From assembly GCF_037042905.1 (NCBI RefSeq), contig NC_087245.1:37884001-37948000 (forward strand): a DNA stretch of 64,000 nucleotides, read 5' to 3'. This document shows, one piece after another, positions 1 to 13,369 of this stretch. The translations under genes and the position numbers were made by a program. The stretch comes from Lytechinus pictus. Lineage: Eukaryota. The notes beneath the pieces were generated by a model. That model made no database searches, had not been told where the DNA came from, and saw only the letters and a program-made list of their open reading frames with translations. The stretch's first letter is position 1. Each line of letters begins with the position of its first letter.

Positions 1-1204
1 ATCTGTCATGTGTCAATGAGCTGCCTGGCTTATCTTCCATGTATTTCAACCAACAAACAAAAGACAAGTGAAATACATCATTTTTTGCCTCAAAATTAGT
101 GATTCAAGGGGGTATTCGGTTTTTAACTTCTTATAATTGCATGCTCTTGATAAGCCAACATAATTTGAGTAGTGCCCCTGATGTAAGGAGGCAGGTTGTA
201 ATAGAGGAGATAGGGATATATTTATATACAACTGTCCCATGAATATATGTATGTCATAATCCACTGAGATAAACACAAATTCAGCAGTCCCAAATTTCAA
301 ACACAATACATTTTTGTTGTCCCATTGTAGTTCAAAACTTTACATTCGTTATTTTTCTGATTCTGGTTGAATTACAATGGTTGGATTGTATTTTGGTGCT
401 GTCATTTACATTTGTACCAAGCTCAACAAACATTTCTAGTAATTTTTATTGCCAAATATGTTTTTGTTTATAGTGAAACAATAAATATGATTTCATATGA
501 CCAGTCGGCTGTATCTAATGCTGTAATCATTTGACGTTGTTTATATTTGTTCAACTTCCAATCCAATTCTCTGTTAGTTTGTCCGTTTATCGGATAATGA
601 TTGACAAAACTCCTAATAAATTGAACCCTATTAGAAAAAAAAAGTAAAAAAAGAAAAAGTGGGCGACCTTATGTCTTTCCGTTCGAAAGAAATTGATTTT
701 AATTCTTTACAACACACACACACACATTGAGGAAAAACAAAACAACTTTTTTGTAGTCCAGTGAGACATATGGGTGTAATTGTAAAACAAACCCTAAGGA
801 TCGGGAGCACGGATGCTTCTCAACTTGTAACCAACCAAAGGACTAACGGCTTTCAGTCATCTCCAAGGGATAAGTTTTTTTTAATGCCAATAGATGCTAG
901 AATCTATAGTTGTAACCAAAGTGGTTTACAAAATCATGACTGGTTCCCCTTTCTTTTATCATTCCCTTTCTCTTCTTTATTTTACATCTTTCTCAAGAGT
1001 TTGTTTTATTTTCTTCACATGATGAATAAAGGTGACAAACAGAAAATAATAATTACTTTCCCATTCCATTGATTAAGACTTCTTTTCTTTTTTTTGACAA
1101 AGTGAGGCATGATATACATGTATGTTGCTAATGTTTTATCATTCATAATTGTAGGAATGTTAAATAATCATTAAAACTGATGCTTCGTGTTCATTATTAT
1201 TATC

Positions 1205-1358
1205 CAGGGGCTGCGGAACGGTTTTGAAAGTGAATGGGGGGGGGGCTGACTATGCAAAAAATCGCAATCCGATTGTCATTTTTACGTTTTTGTACTCGGT
1301 TTTGGAGAAGAATGGGGGGGCTGAAGCCCACCCAGCCCCCCCGTTTCCGCGGCCCCTG
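1205..1358. mobile_element. Short MITE; second copy at 58822-59019
   Basis: Inverted ends CAGGGGCTGCGGAACGG / CCGTTTCCGCGGCCCCTG; near-identical internal sequence at 58822-59019. Confidence 0.75.
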
Positions 1359-1423
1359 TAATATCGAAAAGTGAGAAAGTGATGAACTTTAGATGGGAAA
1401 ATATCTTTCCCGGTAAAGTCCAC

Positions 1424-1585
1424 CAGGGGACCGTTTCATGCACTGACAACTTGTCTTTCTCCGACAGTTACCATAGTAACAGTCAGAGGCAAGTGCCTCT
1501 CAGCCAATCAAAAGCAAGGATTTCACAAAAATTGTCAGCACTGACAATTTAGTCAGTGCTGACAACTTTCGTGAAACGCCCCCTG
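1424..1585. mobile_element. Short MITE
   Basis: Inverted ends CAGGGGACCGTTTCATG / CGTGAAACGCCCCCTG; similar ends at 34621-34806. Confidence 0.6.
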
Positions 1586-2070
1586 AACGTCTCAACAGGG
1601 AGCTTTTGCTCAGTGAACGGATGATTAAAAAAAAAAAAAGGGAAAATGTATTGTCGAATGCCCTTCATGAGAAAGGACGACCAATAAGTCTTTCATTGTC
1701 GAAAATTGATTAATTAAACAGCAGTTAAGTCCTTGACTCTGGAAAAAACGACATTATAATTTGCCATTTTCGTCAGCTCCGAAACTTACAACGAAACTGC
1801 TGTGCCGGCCTGTTCACCAATTTTCGCCAAATACCTCCCAGCTGTTCATGTGACGGGCATTTTCAATACATTTACTGTGTTCTTAAATTCTCCCTTCGTC
1901 GCCGAGAGAAAACTTTCTAATGAATCTGCAAAGTAAGATAAAAAGGAACGTGAACTACGTGTGATAATCACTTTTTGAAAAGTATTTCATCTTTTAGATA
2001 TTTTCCGCCCCTTCCTTAGCTCTACGATCTTCGTATCAATATCTAATTCGACATTGACTAGATCAGTAGT

Positions 2071-3694
2071 CAGCGGCGTAACAGGGGTCGGTGGCCAGGG
2101 GGGGGGGGGGGGGGGCAAGAGCCAAACATTTCCCGGTCATATCATGGTATGAACAGGCGTAATGGTGTAATGAGGCGACGATTTTGAGAGGGCCAGACAT
2201 TGTGTATCAGGCAGAATTTATCTTTGAAAAAAAGATGCGAGGGAGCGAAGCGATCGAGCAAAATTTTTGACATTTTTAATACAAAAATCCTATTTTGTGA
2301 TAGATTTTGACATGATATCCAGAGAATAATATATTTCACTCTTCTCTCTTTCCATTCCTTTTTAGTGCGGTCTGTATGCCACTCTGAACATGATTCTTTG
2401 CAGCAGTAGCGTGAATAGTAAAAAACCGAGAGGTGCAGTATGGCGCAAGTGCTAAAAAGCTGCTTGATATAAGTCCCGAACGAGCGAAGCGAGCGAGAAT
2501 GAAAATCACATTTTCATGAGAATTTAACTTTGAGATATTTTTTGACATTGTATTCAGTAAATAAAATCATATCCTACACTTTTCCTTTGCTTTTCTTTCC
2601 TCCTTTTTTTCTTGGTTATAGAACTTTTGGGGACCATGGCCCAACCCTTTCATAATCATATACGGCAGTGCTTTGCGGTTGGGGTCCGTCTGGAGCCCCC
2701 GGAACTTCGTGATATCAAAGCCATTTAAACCTCGCAGATTGCCGCTATTTTTAATCAAATCGCGGGTATATACAGAATATAGCTTTTACACAACACATTT
2801 ATTTAATCCAGTTGATATTTTGAGGGGGCAAAACATAGCAATGTGGGAAAGTTTGTAAAAAGTCGCCAGCGAGCAAAGCGAGCTGAAAAAAAATGCCTAT
2901 TGAAATTAAATTTTGATTATGTGATAGATGTCCATTATATTCAGCAAATACCACATTTCATTGTTTCCTTTAATTCATTTTATTGTACGTTGTCTCATAT
3001 TATTTCTTTTATTTCCTCTTGGGTGTGGAACGAAGACCCCCGCCTGTACGCCAGTGACTGAACGTAACGCTTAATGTAGGAAGGGTCCCTACAGGGGGGC
3101 GTTATAGAGCCATTTGAAGGTTATTGATGAAGAGCCCCTACTGCGTGGGGTCTGGGGCAAAGCCCCGGTAGCTTATTTGCATACTGAATTTAGCAAGCTT
3201 ATAGCACAGTGTTGTATGCAGTCCATCTTTCTTCCCGCTCTTTATTTTCTATCCTCGGCAGCCCGGTCATGTTATTAAGTTTTTTTTCTTGTCCCTTTTC
3301 TTTGTTTTCCAATTTAGCTTTTGACTAATTACATTCTACCTTCATTTCCCGTTATTGTTTGCCTCTTTGTCATCTTTTGATTTATTTCCCATCGTGCTAT
3401 TGCATTACATAGGCCTATTTCGGAATGATTTGTTCTTTCTCAAATGTTCTTTCGTTCATTTTCCCGCTTTCCTTCCTTTTCCATTCAAAATATATTTTCT
3501 TCGTTTTCTTTTCACTTTTCCTTTTCCCTTTCCTTTTCCCTTTCCTTTTTCTCCTTTCCTTTTCCCCTTTCCTTCCCCTTTCCCTTTCTTTCTCCCTCCC
3601 TTTTCTTTTTTTCCCGTTTTTTTTTCCCGGTGAAATCCGCCAGGGGGGGCAACTTGCCCCCCCCTGCCCCCCCCCCCCGCCTGTTACGCCACTG
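2071..3694. mobile_element. Non-autonomous hAT-like DNA transposon, copy 1
   Basis: TIRs CAGCGGCGTAACAGG / CCTGTTACGCCACTG; perfect 8-bp TSD TCAGTAGT (2063-2070, 3695-3702); no transposase ORF. An 8-bp TSD with CAG ends is typical of hAT. Confidence 0.85.
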
Positions 3695-3702
3695 TCAGTA
3701 GT

Positions 3703-3835
3703 CAGCTGGGTGCAAATGATATATCCGATCATCACATTTCTGACGTATATTCTAGTCAGAAATAACTCTGTTCTAGTAAAATACAACTAGAAAAAGTCAA
3801 ATATGACTAGAATAACAGCAATTTGCACCCAGCTG
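3703..3835. repeat. Inverted repeat, likely a MITE remnant
   Basis: CAGCTGGGTGCAAAT at 3703 pairs with ATTTGCACCCAGCTG ending ~3835; inner TTCTAGT/ACTAGAA arms. Confidence 0.55.
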
Positions 3836-6062
3836 ACCCTATTAACTACTTATTTTGACTGATTTGTTTTGAGAGTGTTTCTCCAGTAGTTCTAACAAAA
3901 AAAATCAACTTTTTAGAAAAATCACCCTACAAAGTTTTAATTCTAGCTATAATCTATTAAGTTATGCTTAACACATTTTTTAGTATTAGATGTTTCATAT
4001 TGAGGTCATTTCGATCCATTCCCTTCATTAATTATTAAAATTTAACAAAATTAAATGAATAAAAATAACTTTATTAAGATTTAAGTTGTATATCGTGAAT
4101 TTAGGATATCATGGGGAGAGTGCATGGGGTGAAATATGAAATCAGTGGATCAGATTTTGGGGAATTTTGGTGGCGAAAATAGGCCTACCCGGTATAACGC
4201 GTCAGAAAAGGACTGATACCAAGTATAACATACATTTTCTCACTCATATGCGCAGTTTTCCTCACATGAATTTACTGATTTCATGAAGCGAAGCGGGATT
4301 ATCTAAAGTGGTCATGCAATTATTAAATGGGCTCCAGCAAAATATGACTTAACCAATAATTGGATTTTATAAACGAAATAAGTACATCACCTAACAATAA
4401 TGTGGGCGCATATCAGTGTTTTTTTTATCTACTGACCTGAAAAGGGACTTTAAGTAGCGTCAAATTCATTATCAGAATACTAAGCAAATAATGGGAGCGC
4501 AAAGCGCGGGCTGATTTTTCGTATATATACTGACCTGGAAAGGATACATTTTATGCAGCGTTTGAATTCATGATTAGAGCCCGGCCCATTTCATAAAACT
4601 TGTTATATTACAACTTTGCAATAAACGTTTTAAGCTAAACTGAAATAATTCGATCTGATTGGCTGACACTCTGAACTTGTTATAGAAATTATGCATTAGT
4701 TATTATGACAAGTCTTTATGAAATGACCGGACCCAGATATCATTAAACAAAATAATGTGAGCGCGAAGCGTGAGCTGATTTTTTTTTCATTACCTTGCAT
4801 ACTGACTTGAAAAGGGGACGTGTCAGGCACCTTATTAATTCATGAAAAGGATATATATATCACTAATATAAACATATGACGCGACCACGAAGCACAAGCT
4901 AAATAGCCCTTGATATACTGATCTGAAACGGCACATTTTAATTGTGTGAAAGAAACATATGTCAAAAAACAAATAATGCTTGCGCAAAGAGCGAGCTGAA
5001 ACGTTTTGGTATATTGTAAGTACGAGTGCATCATGTATCCAGTTAACACAACCTACTTCAGGTGTGGAGCGCAAGCTTAAATCGAAGCTGTTATAATGAC
5101 TAGAAACGAACATTTTAAGTACATGTAATCGTGAATTAAAAACGTTTGACACTAAAGGAATAGTACTACCTGAAAAGGAAAATTGTAGGATCATTTTTAC
5201 GAATTCCTAAACAGGATACTATCTTAGTGAGCACAAAAATATGTAAGCGCAAAACGCAAGTCAATTTTCGTTATTTTCAGGACTGAAAACGGATGCTTTT
5301 TTACAATGATGAACAGGATGAGAATCTTATAAAACAAACCAATGAAAGTGCGAAGCTCTAACTGAACCATTTCTTTCTATATTGACTTGAAAACGAGACA
5401 TTTTAGCACCGTGTAATCCTTAAGAATCTTCTAAGTTTCTCTTTCCCCTTAGCTATTCACGGAGGAGGGAGTGCATGGCCTTTTTCTTTCCCTCGTATTT
5501 TTTGTTTTCCCCTTCCCCTTTCCCATTTAAAAAAATCTTCTCCAAGCCACTTTATCCAAGATTGGTATTTTTGGGGGGTTAAAATTTGGATCCCATAATT
5601 TTGCCTAATCGTTGTTACTACGTTATGATTATGTTATATTAATGGGTTTTTTTTCTAGAAACATAAGACTTATGTTTCTTTGTTTTGATGATGATCCTTC
5701 AATGTCAGGATTTTATATCAATAAACTTTTGAATTGACTTGAATTTTCCTTTTTAGCTGGGAGATTCATTATAGCCTATTGGCTTTATTTATCTTTGACT
5801 GAAAGTGCTCGTCGAAACTAAGCTTTGTGTCGACTATCACTCCTAAATCTTTACCAGTTTCAACTTGAGATAGATTATGTGAGGCATTGTCATGTGTCAT
5901 TGTATAGTCATTAAAGTCATCATTCTTTTTACCTATTGTAAGAACACAACATTTATCCGGGTGGAACTTTAATAGCCACTTGTCTGACCATGAAACAAGA
6001 CGATCTAAGTCCGCTTGTATAATAACTCAGCATCTTTGTCATTTTTTACATGCTTGTATAGG

Positions 6063-7659
6063 CAGCGGCGTAACAGGGGTTGGTGGCCAGGGGGGGCAAG
6101 AGCCAAAAATTTCCCGGTCATAATCATGGTATGAACAGGCATAATGGAGAAATTCATGAGGCAGCAATTTTTTATAGGGCCAGATAGGCCTATTGCGTAT
6201 CGGCAGATTTTTTTTTTTTAAAGTTGCGAGAAAGCGAAGCGAGCGAGCAAAAATTTTGACATTTTTAATCCAAAAATTCAATTTTTTGATATCCAGAGAA
6301 TCATATATTTCACCTTTTTCTCTTTCCATTCCTTTTTTTCGTGGTCTGATAATATGAACAGGATTCTTTGCGGCAGTAACGTGAAGAGTATAAAAAACAA
6401 ACGAGGGGCGCAGTATGGCACATGTGCTAAAAAAGCTGCTTAATATAAGTCCCCAGCGAGCGAAGCGAGCGAGAAAAAACCACCTTTTAATGAGAATTTA
6501 ACTTTGAGATATATTTTGACATAATATTCAGTAAAAAATAATATCCTACACTTTTCCTTTGCCTTCCTTTCCTCTGTTCTTGGTTGTAGAACTTTTGGGG
6601 GCCAATGGCCCAACCCTACCATACTCATATACGAAAGTGCTATCCGATTGGGGTCGCCGGAACTTCTTGATATCAAAACCATTTAAACCTCGCAGATTGC
6701 TGCTATTTTAATCAAATATCGCGGGTATATACAGAATATAGTTTTTACACAACACATTTATTCAACCCAGTTGCGTAATGAACCAAATATTTTGAGGGGG
6801 AGGGGCAATGTGGGAATATTATTTTAATAAAAGTCGCCAGCGAGCAAAGCGAGCTGGAAAGAAAGATTGCCTACTGAAATTAAATTCTAATTATGTGATA
6901 TATAGTTTGTTTTCATTCAGTAAATAACACATTTCATTGTTTCCATTTGTTTTATTATACGTTGTCTCGTTTAATTTCTTTTATTTCCTTTGTATGGAAC
7001 CAAGACCCCCCACGCCTGTACGCCAGTGATTGAACGTAAAGCTTAATGTAAGAAGGGTCCCTACAGGGGAAGTTATATAGAGCCATTTGAAGGTTATAGA
7101 TGAAGAGCCCCTACTGTGTGGGGTCGGGGCAAAGCCCCGGTATTTTATTTGAATAAAATTTAGCAAGCTTACAGCACAATGTTGTATGCAGTCCATCTTT
7201 CTTCCCGCTCTTTATTTTCAATCATCGGCAGCCCGGTCGTGTTATTAAGTGTTTTGTTTTTCTTGTCCCTTTTCTTCGTTTTCCACTTTAGCTTTTGACT
7301 AATTCCCTTCTAACTTCATTTCCCGCTATTGTTTGCCATTTTGTCATCTTTTAATTTATTTCCCATCACGCTATTGCATTACATAGGCCTACTTCGGAAT
7401 GATTTATCCTTTCTCAAATGTTCTTCTTTCGTTCCTTTTCCCGCTGTCCTTCATTCCTATTCTGTTAAAAAATATTTTTATCTTCGTTTTTATTTCCATT
7501 TCCCTTTCCCTTTCCCTTTCCCCTTTCCTTCCCCTTTCCCTTTCTTTCTTTCTTTCTCCCTCCCTTTTTTTTCTTTTTCCCGTTTTTTTTAATTTTCCCG
7601 GTGAAATCCGCCAGGGGGGGCAGCTTGCCCCCCCTGCCCCCCCGCCTGTTACACCACTG
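6063..7659. mobile_element. Non-autonomous hAT-like DNA transposon, copy 2
   Basis: Same TIRs and colinear interior as 2071-3694; its own perfect 8-bp TSD TGTATAGG (6055-6062, 7660-7667). Confidence 0.85.
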
Positions 7660-8061
7660 TGTATAGGCATTCCTTTGTGGGAAAAAGAGGAAATAAAAAA
7701 GCTCAGCGATCATTCTTTTTATCAAACTTATTAGCTATTGGGCAGAGGCTGTCCTTTAAAAAAACTTACCTTTCCTCTCCGCCCCCCCTCGTTTACTATC
7801 TTTTACTCTCTGGCTCCCTCTAGCTCTCTCCTCCTCTTTCTCTCTCTCCATTTTACTCTCTCCCCTTTATGTTCCCCTCTCTTCCTTCATTCTTCTATAT
7901 AGAGTTTAAGATTTAATAATGATTAATCGGATAAAGCAATACCCCTCTGCCCCAGCAGTGCCAATACTGACCGGTAAGCAATACGATTTAAATAAATTGC
8001 GACCACGGACCAACCAAAAGTTGGATTGAAGTTACAATCTAATAGTTTTAGGATTCAATCT

Positions 8062-8247
8062 CTGGCGGATCCAGGGGGGTCGTGTCCCCCTTTTGAGAGG
8101 CACAATTAAAATTTGTAATGTAAAAAATGCTGTTAAAAGAGAAGTGTGCCCCCTCCCCTTTGAAAGTGAAGACTTTTTTTTTTGCTTTTCAAATTTTTCC
8201 TCGGGGAAAATGTGCCCCCCTTTTGGAAAATCCTGGAACCGCCCCTG
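8062..8247. mobile_element. MITE; related copy at ~62631-62850
   Basis: TGGCGGATCCAGGGGGG start and AAAATCCTGGAACCGCCCCTG end; shared interior (CCCCTTTTGAGAGG, CCTCGGGAAAA) with 62631-62850. Confidence 0.6.
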
Positions 8248-8660
8248 GATTCATTCATATTCGATTGAAACTTTTAATCCAATTTTGGATTGGCCCCTGA
8301 CCAATATCTAGTAATTCAATTTTCAATCTACGGAATTTAGAGTGGTACAACATGAATTTTAGGTTGGGGATCAAAGTCGGGCATCCAAAATTTCAATTCA
8401 GTTCAATGAAGAAAATAAAGAAAGCGATTGGTAAACATCAATGACCCCACTGAAATAGGCGAGCTGAAATGAAGGTGGAAATGGAATGAGTTTGTGATGT
8501 CCAGCTAGTTCATTTGAACCAAAGTTTCACGTTTTTACTATAATTTTTCATGTTCACATCACACTTGCGGTCACAAATGCAACGTAGCCAATTGAAACAT
8601 TTGCCAATAATTTAGTTTCGAAATTTACTTTGTATCAGTTTTGTCAAATTTGCAAAGCTC

Positions 8661-9540
8661 CAAAGAATCAATCAAACAAACAATTTATAAACATTTGTAT
8701 TTCAATGATGGGGGGGGGGGGGGGAGGTGACATAGAGATGACGTCATTGCAAGTATACCAATAAAGTTAAACCATTTGAATTAAAATAATTTCAATAAAT
8801 ACTAATTAATAATTCATCAACAGTCATTGATCTCATTGTACAATATTTATTCATCTTCTTTAATTTACAATTCATCATTATAATATCATGCATAATGATA
8901 CTCAAACATTCAAACGTGTCAAATAAAAGACAACTATATAATACTGCTATATATTGAACAAAAATAGTTTGTGCTTCAAAAGTACTGCTTTGTATTCAAG
9001 AATAGGCCAAAGAATCAATCAAACAAACAATTTATAAACATTTGTATTTCAATGATGGGGGGGGGGGGTGACCTAGAGATGACGTCTTCGTTTTTCAATG
9101 GAATAAATGTGGTAAGAGTTACACGACTCTGGCCCCCTCTTTTAATAGCTTTCCTTCCCTTTTCCCCTCCATTTTTTTTTACTACTTGAACAGGGCATTG
9201 AAAACGGCGGCCCCCTTGTATAGCACTGTATACCTGTATATTCTTGTGTCTATTGGTTTGAATTGCAAGTATACCAGTAATGTCAAATCATTTGAATTCA
9301 AATAGTTTCATTAAATACTAATTAATAATTCATCAACAGACATTGATCTCACTGTACAATATTTATTCATCTCCTTTAATTTACAATTTATCATAATAAT
9401 ATGATGCATAATAATACTCAAACATTCAAACATGTCAAGTAAAAGACAACGATATAATAATACTGTTCTTTTGAACATAAAATACTGTGTGCGTGTACTT
9501 TGTAAAATACTGTGTACTATATGCTTTGTATTCAAGAATA
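8661..9540. repeat. Local diverged tandem duplication (~350-bp unit; second copy has extra sequence)
   Basis: CAAAGAATCAATCAAACAAACAATTTATAAACATTTGTATTTCAATGATGGGG at 8661 and ~9008; 8747-9000 is colinear with 9264-9540. Confidence 0.75.
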
Positions 9541-9828
9541 ATAATAATAATAATAATAATAATTGGCATTTATATAGCGCTTTATCAATCTACGACTGTT
9601 CAAAGCGCTTCACAATTATTATTACCCGGTCACTGGATTCATAGCAATCCAAGCAGCCTGTTAGGCGCAAACTTGCTAAACCAACCACAATGATGGTTGT
9701 TTCCTACCGGTACCCAATTAGCACCTGGGTGAGAGTGGCAAAGTGTGGCGCTAGGCCATGGTGGGATTCGAACACACGACCCTCTGATTACAAGGCGAGA
9801 GTCAGAACCGCTACACCACGGCGCTTCC
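9537..9828 (-). mobile_element. tRNA-derived SINE
   Basis: Minus-strand head GGAAGCGCCGTGGTGTAGCGG (A box) ... GTTCGAATCCC (B box), then a non-tRNA body and an (ATT)n tail; AGAATA repeated on both flanks. Confidence 0.8.
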
Positions 9829-10568
9829 ATATTATTCCACAGAATAGGCCAACGCAACGAGTGCGGTGCAATGAGTTTTAATTAGAATATTAAATGGAAT
9901 CAGAAAATGGAAATGAATCCTATCAAGTATCGAGCATAATGATTTAGTTCGACTCGGTTATATTTGAAGGGTTTTTCTTCAATAAAAAAAATGTGAGAAT
10001 GATTATGCCATGATTGAATAAGTTTGAGGATAATTAGTATTTAAAAAAAAAAGACATTCCCCACAGAATGTGCTTTTTATGTTATGACCATCAATACTAT
10101 TCGGTGATTTGTAGAAAGTGCTTAGGGTAGGGGGTGGGGGCTCATCACATTATTGTGTAATGCATGCGCGTCCACAAAAGCATCGAAAGTGGTCAATTTT
10201 CAGCCTTACATGCAGCGTCGTCGATGTTTTCCTTATTTAAAATAAGTATTTTTCCAAGCTTCAAGTGTCGTTTTTCAACGTTTATAGGTAGGCTATAATT
10301 ACAAATTAGCTGTATTTGACCTATAAAGGTTTTCGATGTTAGTGTTCCTATATAATAGGCCCCCTACTTTGTGCAAAACGCCGGCCATTTTGCATGATGG
10401 GTTCCTAATTTTAAGTGTGCGCATGAGTAGTAAGACAGAATCTGGCAGATGTGGTGACACCCTGGCCCCGCCCACTAACCCCTAGAAATGGGGGGGGGGG
10501 GGGGGCTGAGGGGACAAAAATTAGCTTTTATTATAGAGAAATGACGTATATAAAACCATATTACTTAG

Positions 10569-12878
10569 TTAAAAAGTACATAGACCGATAAGAGTAGAGA
10601 AAAGTATAACAAACAATGAAGGAATAATTGCTGTCGCATCGCCTTCTGTTTCAGAGGTTGGAGCGACAAGCTCATTCGGATTACATCCCAGCCATTGGAC
10701 AGCGGTATTAAGCGGATAACCGGTATCCACCTGTACGGTATCATCATTAAACCGGTAATAATTGGATCCTTTGAAGAAGTAGGTAAATCCGTTGCTATAC
10801 TGGAATGCAGCATCGACGCCATCACTGGGTAGGCCCCTCCAATGACTCAAAGGTTGAGGATAGTAAGAAGTAACACCATAACCCGGGTAGTACGCATAGT
10901 ACTGGTTTCCTGTTAGAATAAGAAAAAATAAATAAATCGAACCTGAATAGCTTTTTGTCACATCTTTTCACACATTGCTGGAAATCTATCCAAAATAATA
11001 ACTTACTAACATAGCTCATCCTCTTCAGATGTCTCTGCACTTTAGGGCCTACATCAGATGCTTTATATCAGAAGCATACGCGCTCCGCGCTTCAAGGAAT
11101 AATGATTTTCTGCAAAATCTAAATCTACCACTAATGGCGAGTGCAGCAATATTTAGATTGATAATTGAATTTAAAGGACGTATGACTCATCGCATGATAT
11201 GTTTGAAAAAAGGAAACAAATCATTTTAGCAGGCCTATTCATGCTGGGTAAATTGTTGTGGCACCATTCTCATTAATGCTAAAGTGAACATGATCTTACC
11301 TTTAGTGAAGTATATTCTCCCATTGCGGCTCCATACATAAGCAGCGTCAACATCGTCGGGTACACCTCCCCAGTCGGACATTGGTCTCGGATAAGTACCT
11401 GCCATTTCCCGGTCTCGAAACCGCCAATATTCACTTCCCTGTCAATATGTGCAAAGAGAGCATTATGTGAAACTGAAGAAGTGCCGGTGGTCATGGTGGT
11501 CGACGAAGGTGAGGTACCCGTTGCAGGGGCAAGAAATCAGGAAGAGGAGAAGGGGTGGGGGCAGCATATACGAACGTTTGAAACAAGTCCTGCATTTATT
11601 CACAGAATATTACTGATTTATTTATTGACTATTCGGTCTTCTTTAAGGAAGGGTAGCCCTTTAAGTATTGTTCTGCCAATGGGCCCTGCATGTAACTATG
11701 TACAGATAAAAACGTTAAAACACACAATTACAAAGTAAAGCCAAACATAATATGATATACAAAACGTCCAATATAGATAGCGAAAAGAAGAATGCAACTA
11801 TAATTATAGTTCGTCCAGACTCACCTTGAAAAAATACGTGTATGGAGAATAAAATAGAGCAGCATCAAGGTTATTTGGAAGACCCGGGAATTCATCTCCG
11901 ATCCTCATCGGATAGCCGGCAGGAATTGTGTTACCGGTTCGGCGGAACACATGTGTTTCTGTTTAAAGAGATTATGTTCAAAAGGGTCAGGTGAGAAAAA
12001 AAAATCATAACATATAAGGGCGGCGCTAAAGGTGGGAAAGGGGCGACTAACCCCAATTATTTTTCGGGCAGCGAAAAAGGAGAAAGAGGGGAAAAGAGAA
12101 GAGATAGAAAGAGAGACGAAAGATCAGAGAATCAAATAAGAGAGGTAGGTCTATGGGTTGTGTTATTGTTACTCTATACCAATCTAGTATCATTGAGATC
12201 AAAAGTTAGATCCTCTCCTCCCACTACCCTAGTGCCGCCCCTGCAAAAAGTCCCCATGACAAGAATGGTTTCTTCGCTCCCTCGCTTTCGAGTTTCTCGA
12301 AAAATTTGGAGGGTCCTAGCTGCCATGTCTGCCCCCCCCCCCTCAAGGGGGATCCACACTTTACAGGCTTTGCTTTTTAGTGGACCCCCCTCATTTCCAT
12401 TTATGCTCAATATTATACTGTTTATTATACTGTAAGAATGCTCGTCTGTAATTGTATTTGATTTGTATTACTTTATATTACTTTGTATTATGTTTTGAAT
12501 GGAAATGGAATAAAGAAAGAATTGAGTTAAATTGAATAGGAAAGTAAATTTTTTGTGTCCGGTCATGGACTATATACTGAGAGAATGGATGCCGCCCATC
12601 AGCGGCCCATGGACCCCTACGAAAAACAGCATTTGCTGATAGGATGTTCTATCACACGAGTGGTACATAAATAAATATAAAAAAATAGAAAAAAAGAATG
12701 TAATCTGTTGGACTGCCGCCCATCAACTTTTAAAGACCGGGCCTATTAATTATTTTCTCACCATTAGCAAAGTAGGCACTGCCATCATCTGTTTGCGTGG
12801 ACACAGTAACTCGAGGCATGCAGTTATCCAAGGGCGTAGAGGGCGTGTCTCTCTCCTCTGGTTTTCCGTTTCCTTCTC
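10569..12878 (-). CDS. 3' part of a matrix metalloproteinase-like gene: hinge, four hemopexin repeats and a hydrophobic GPI-signal-like tail (partial)
   Basis: Exons 12878-12762, 11958-11825, 11438-11300 and 10909-10569 join in phase via GT-AG introns: ..PSTPLDNC..DGSAYFAN/ETHVFR..GYPMRIGDEFPGLPNNLDAALF..YTYFFK/GSEYWRF..YPRPMSDWGGVPDDVDAAY..GRIYFTK/GNQYY..GLPSDGVDAAFQYSNGFTYFFKGSNYYRF..GYP..WLGC..IIPSLFVILFSTLIGLCTF*. No catalytic-domain exons found in the window. Confidence 0.88.
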
Positions 12879-13118
12879 CTGTTAAAAAAAAACGAGTATA
12901 GAAAATATGTGTTTTCTTAATGGAAATTTGGCATGATTGTAGTGGTAAATGTACACCTCATGTCGTCATTTCAATATACCATATAAAGCCAGAGGGTTCA
13001 TTTTTATTTCATTCAGTAGTAACGAATACACTATAATTCCTTCTTTAATTGCACTGAACTGTCCGGTGATTCTGTATCCTCTTGTACTGCTCCCCATGGA
13101 GTGGAGAAAGTACTTACT

Positions 13119-13126
13119 TTGCGTTC
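13119..13126. repeat. Left target-site duplication TTGCGTTC
   Basis: Exact match to 58701-58708. Confidence 0.75.
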
Positions 13127-13369
13127 AGGCTTAGCCATGAACCAATGACAGCTATTGGTACTAATCTGTAAAGCAAACGCCGCGACGAGTCGTTCAGATG
13201 TATTGAGCGCTAATTATCAAAGGCGGAATATTTCCTATAATCTGATCAGATCATAATGCTAAACACTTCTAATCACGGAAAATGATAAAAGAGTATAGCA
13301 CATACAGATATTTAATTTTCCAGAGACTGCTTCCGCGTTTCATAGAAACCTTGAAAAATTGATATAAAT

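Noticed and set aside
3355..3790. Phe/Pro-rich and Lys/Arg-rich ORFs (also 7329-7734 and 13758-14859)
   Set aside because: Translations of low-complexity pyrimidine/purine tracts inside repeats.
9750..9828. Possible tRNA gene (TGT in an anticodon-like loop)
   Set aside because: Imperfect acceptor stem and continuation into a body and (ATT)n tail indicate a SINE head.
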